The notes below the pieces were generated by a model, which had not been told where the DNA came from, ran no database searches, and worked only from the letters and a program-made list of their open reading frames with translations. Below, in pieces: positions 62,701 to 64,000 of a DNA stretch of 64,000 nt (positions within the stretch are counted from its first letter, which is position 1; every line of letters begins with the position of its first letter). Source of the DNA: Macrostomum hystrix. Its lineage: Eukaryota > Animalia > Platyhelminthes. The position numbers and the translations under genes were made by a program. The stretch covers positions 5,890,001 to 5,954,000 of the forward strand of contig CATNEN010000029.1 in the NCBI GenBank assembly GCA_950097015.1, in the 5' to 3' direction.

Positions 62701-63324
62701 TGTTAACGTACACTTAATGACCGACTAATTTGCAACTTCGATAGTTCAGCATGGTTCTCATTTTGACATCAGTGCGATCAGGAGAGTTAATCGGTGACGT
62801 CATTAAAATCAGCCAGTACTCAGGCGAGTTTATCGGTACACCAGAGTGTGTCTAATTGCCTCATCAGCCCATTGCTAGCAAACCAACGCTATCTTAAAGC
62901 GGTGTTTCTAGGCCCACAGCAATCAACAGCAGGAGACTATAAGAGGCCAATTTCCCGTGTGAGTATCCAAAAGCGAGTTCGGATCATGCGCATATCCACT
63001 AGAGCTTGGACACAGTTTGGCTACAGTTGGCTGACGGAGTCAATCTGGCACCGTTTCGCCGAGCAGTAGCAGTACCAAAGAGAGGAGTGGAACAGCGGAT
63101 TGCTGCTAATTAAATTGTCCGACAGCTGGAGCTGCTACATGGGGCATAGCGAGATGTTATTATTGCTACTTATAGTAGGTAATAAAGCTTGATAATCGTA
63201 ACTAATCCTAGATCAAATACGATTGAATATTTTAGCCAATCGTATATTCTACTCTATACTAAATGCTACACTGTTGTAAATCAGATTTTATATTATATCC
63301 CATGATATATTTAAAATATTTCAA

Positions 63325-63550
63325 AGGAGGGGTGTGGGCAATGGTAACATCATTCGGTGACAGTAGATCTGCAGCTAGCGAAGAGGCAATTCTTTCCATT
63401 CCGTGGACTCCTGAGCACAGACTCACACAGATACCATACGCAGGCACGCGCTCACACAGGTGTGTACATCTGCCTTGACTTTCTCGTCGTCAGGCGGTGT
63501 ACATTCTCACTGTGCCTTGGAGGTTGGCCTCGCTGCGGAATCGAGCTCAA
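63325..63550 (-). mobile_element. SINE family A, 5'-truncated and internally deleted
   Basis: Revcomp GAGCTCGATTCCGCAGCGAGGCCAACCTCCAAGGCACAG...CCATTGCCCACACCCCTCC. Confidence 0.72.
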
Positions 63551-64000
63551 TGATCATGGTTTCCTAAACTTATCCGAGTCTCCAGACAACTAAAGCTCCA
63601 CTTATAAGGCAAACAAATCATCGAATAATCAACCAGTTTTTAGTAGCGTCTTTGCAAAAGCAGAGACAAGTTATCGGAATGTCGGACAAAAAGGTAAGAT
63701 TTTATTTATTTTGTACCACTGCTAACAACATAGCCACGAGTGCTTTGCAAAGCAGATAGCAATACAAACCGAAGCAGACTAGAGCACAGCCCTACTACTT
63801 GACCAGAATAAAATCAAAGAAAATTGCTAATCAATCCTAGGAATACTACTGTAAGTAATATGGAGTCATCTTGATACTTCTCTATTTACACACAAACATA
63901 TCAGAACTTGTTGAGATAATAAAAAGTTGAATAATGAAAAATTCAATTTAAAAATGGTGCACAATGCAAGCTTGAGAACCGACGATGTTTTAGAATATTG

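Overview
Eukaryotic, intron-containing, very repeat-rich genomic DNA. Its style (CAG-rich coding runs, many unrelated minisatellites, a PWamide precursor) suggests a free-living flatworm such as Macrostomum; this is an inference, not shown. Genes: (i) a minus-strand gene with four phase-0 exons (23383->5441) encoding an acidic, then G/Y/Q/N-rich low-complexity protein; (ii) a co-oriented plus-strand trio ARMT1 - NIFK - SmG (31.7-37.9 kb), spaced mostly by minisatellites and a candidate trans-spliced operon; (iii) a 15-copy AYGxxPW-amide neuropeptide precursor (60553-61152). Mobile DNA: an apparently intact ~9.9 kb CMC/EnSpm-type transposon (47180-57058) with a transposase and a separate 3-exon BEN-like accessory gene; nested non-autonomous elements of EnSpm-like, hAT, MULE and TA-TSD types with readable TIRs and TSDs; and two tRNA-derived SINE families. 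About 16 different tandem arrays cover roughly a fifth of the window. The most unusual signal is a set of clustered TA-G(2-4)C(2-3)-TA micro-insertions. Four can be polarised by comparing paralogous copies inside the window, and they match the ends of a local GGG...CCC, TA-flanked MITE, which suggests accumulated excision footprints. All protein and family assignments come from motif recognition by eye; no database search was run.
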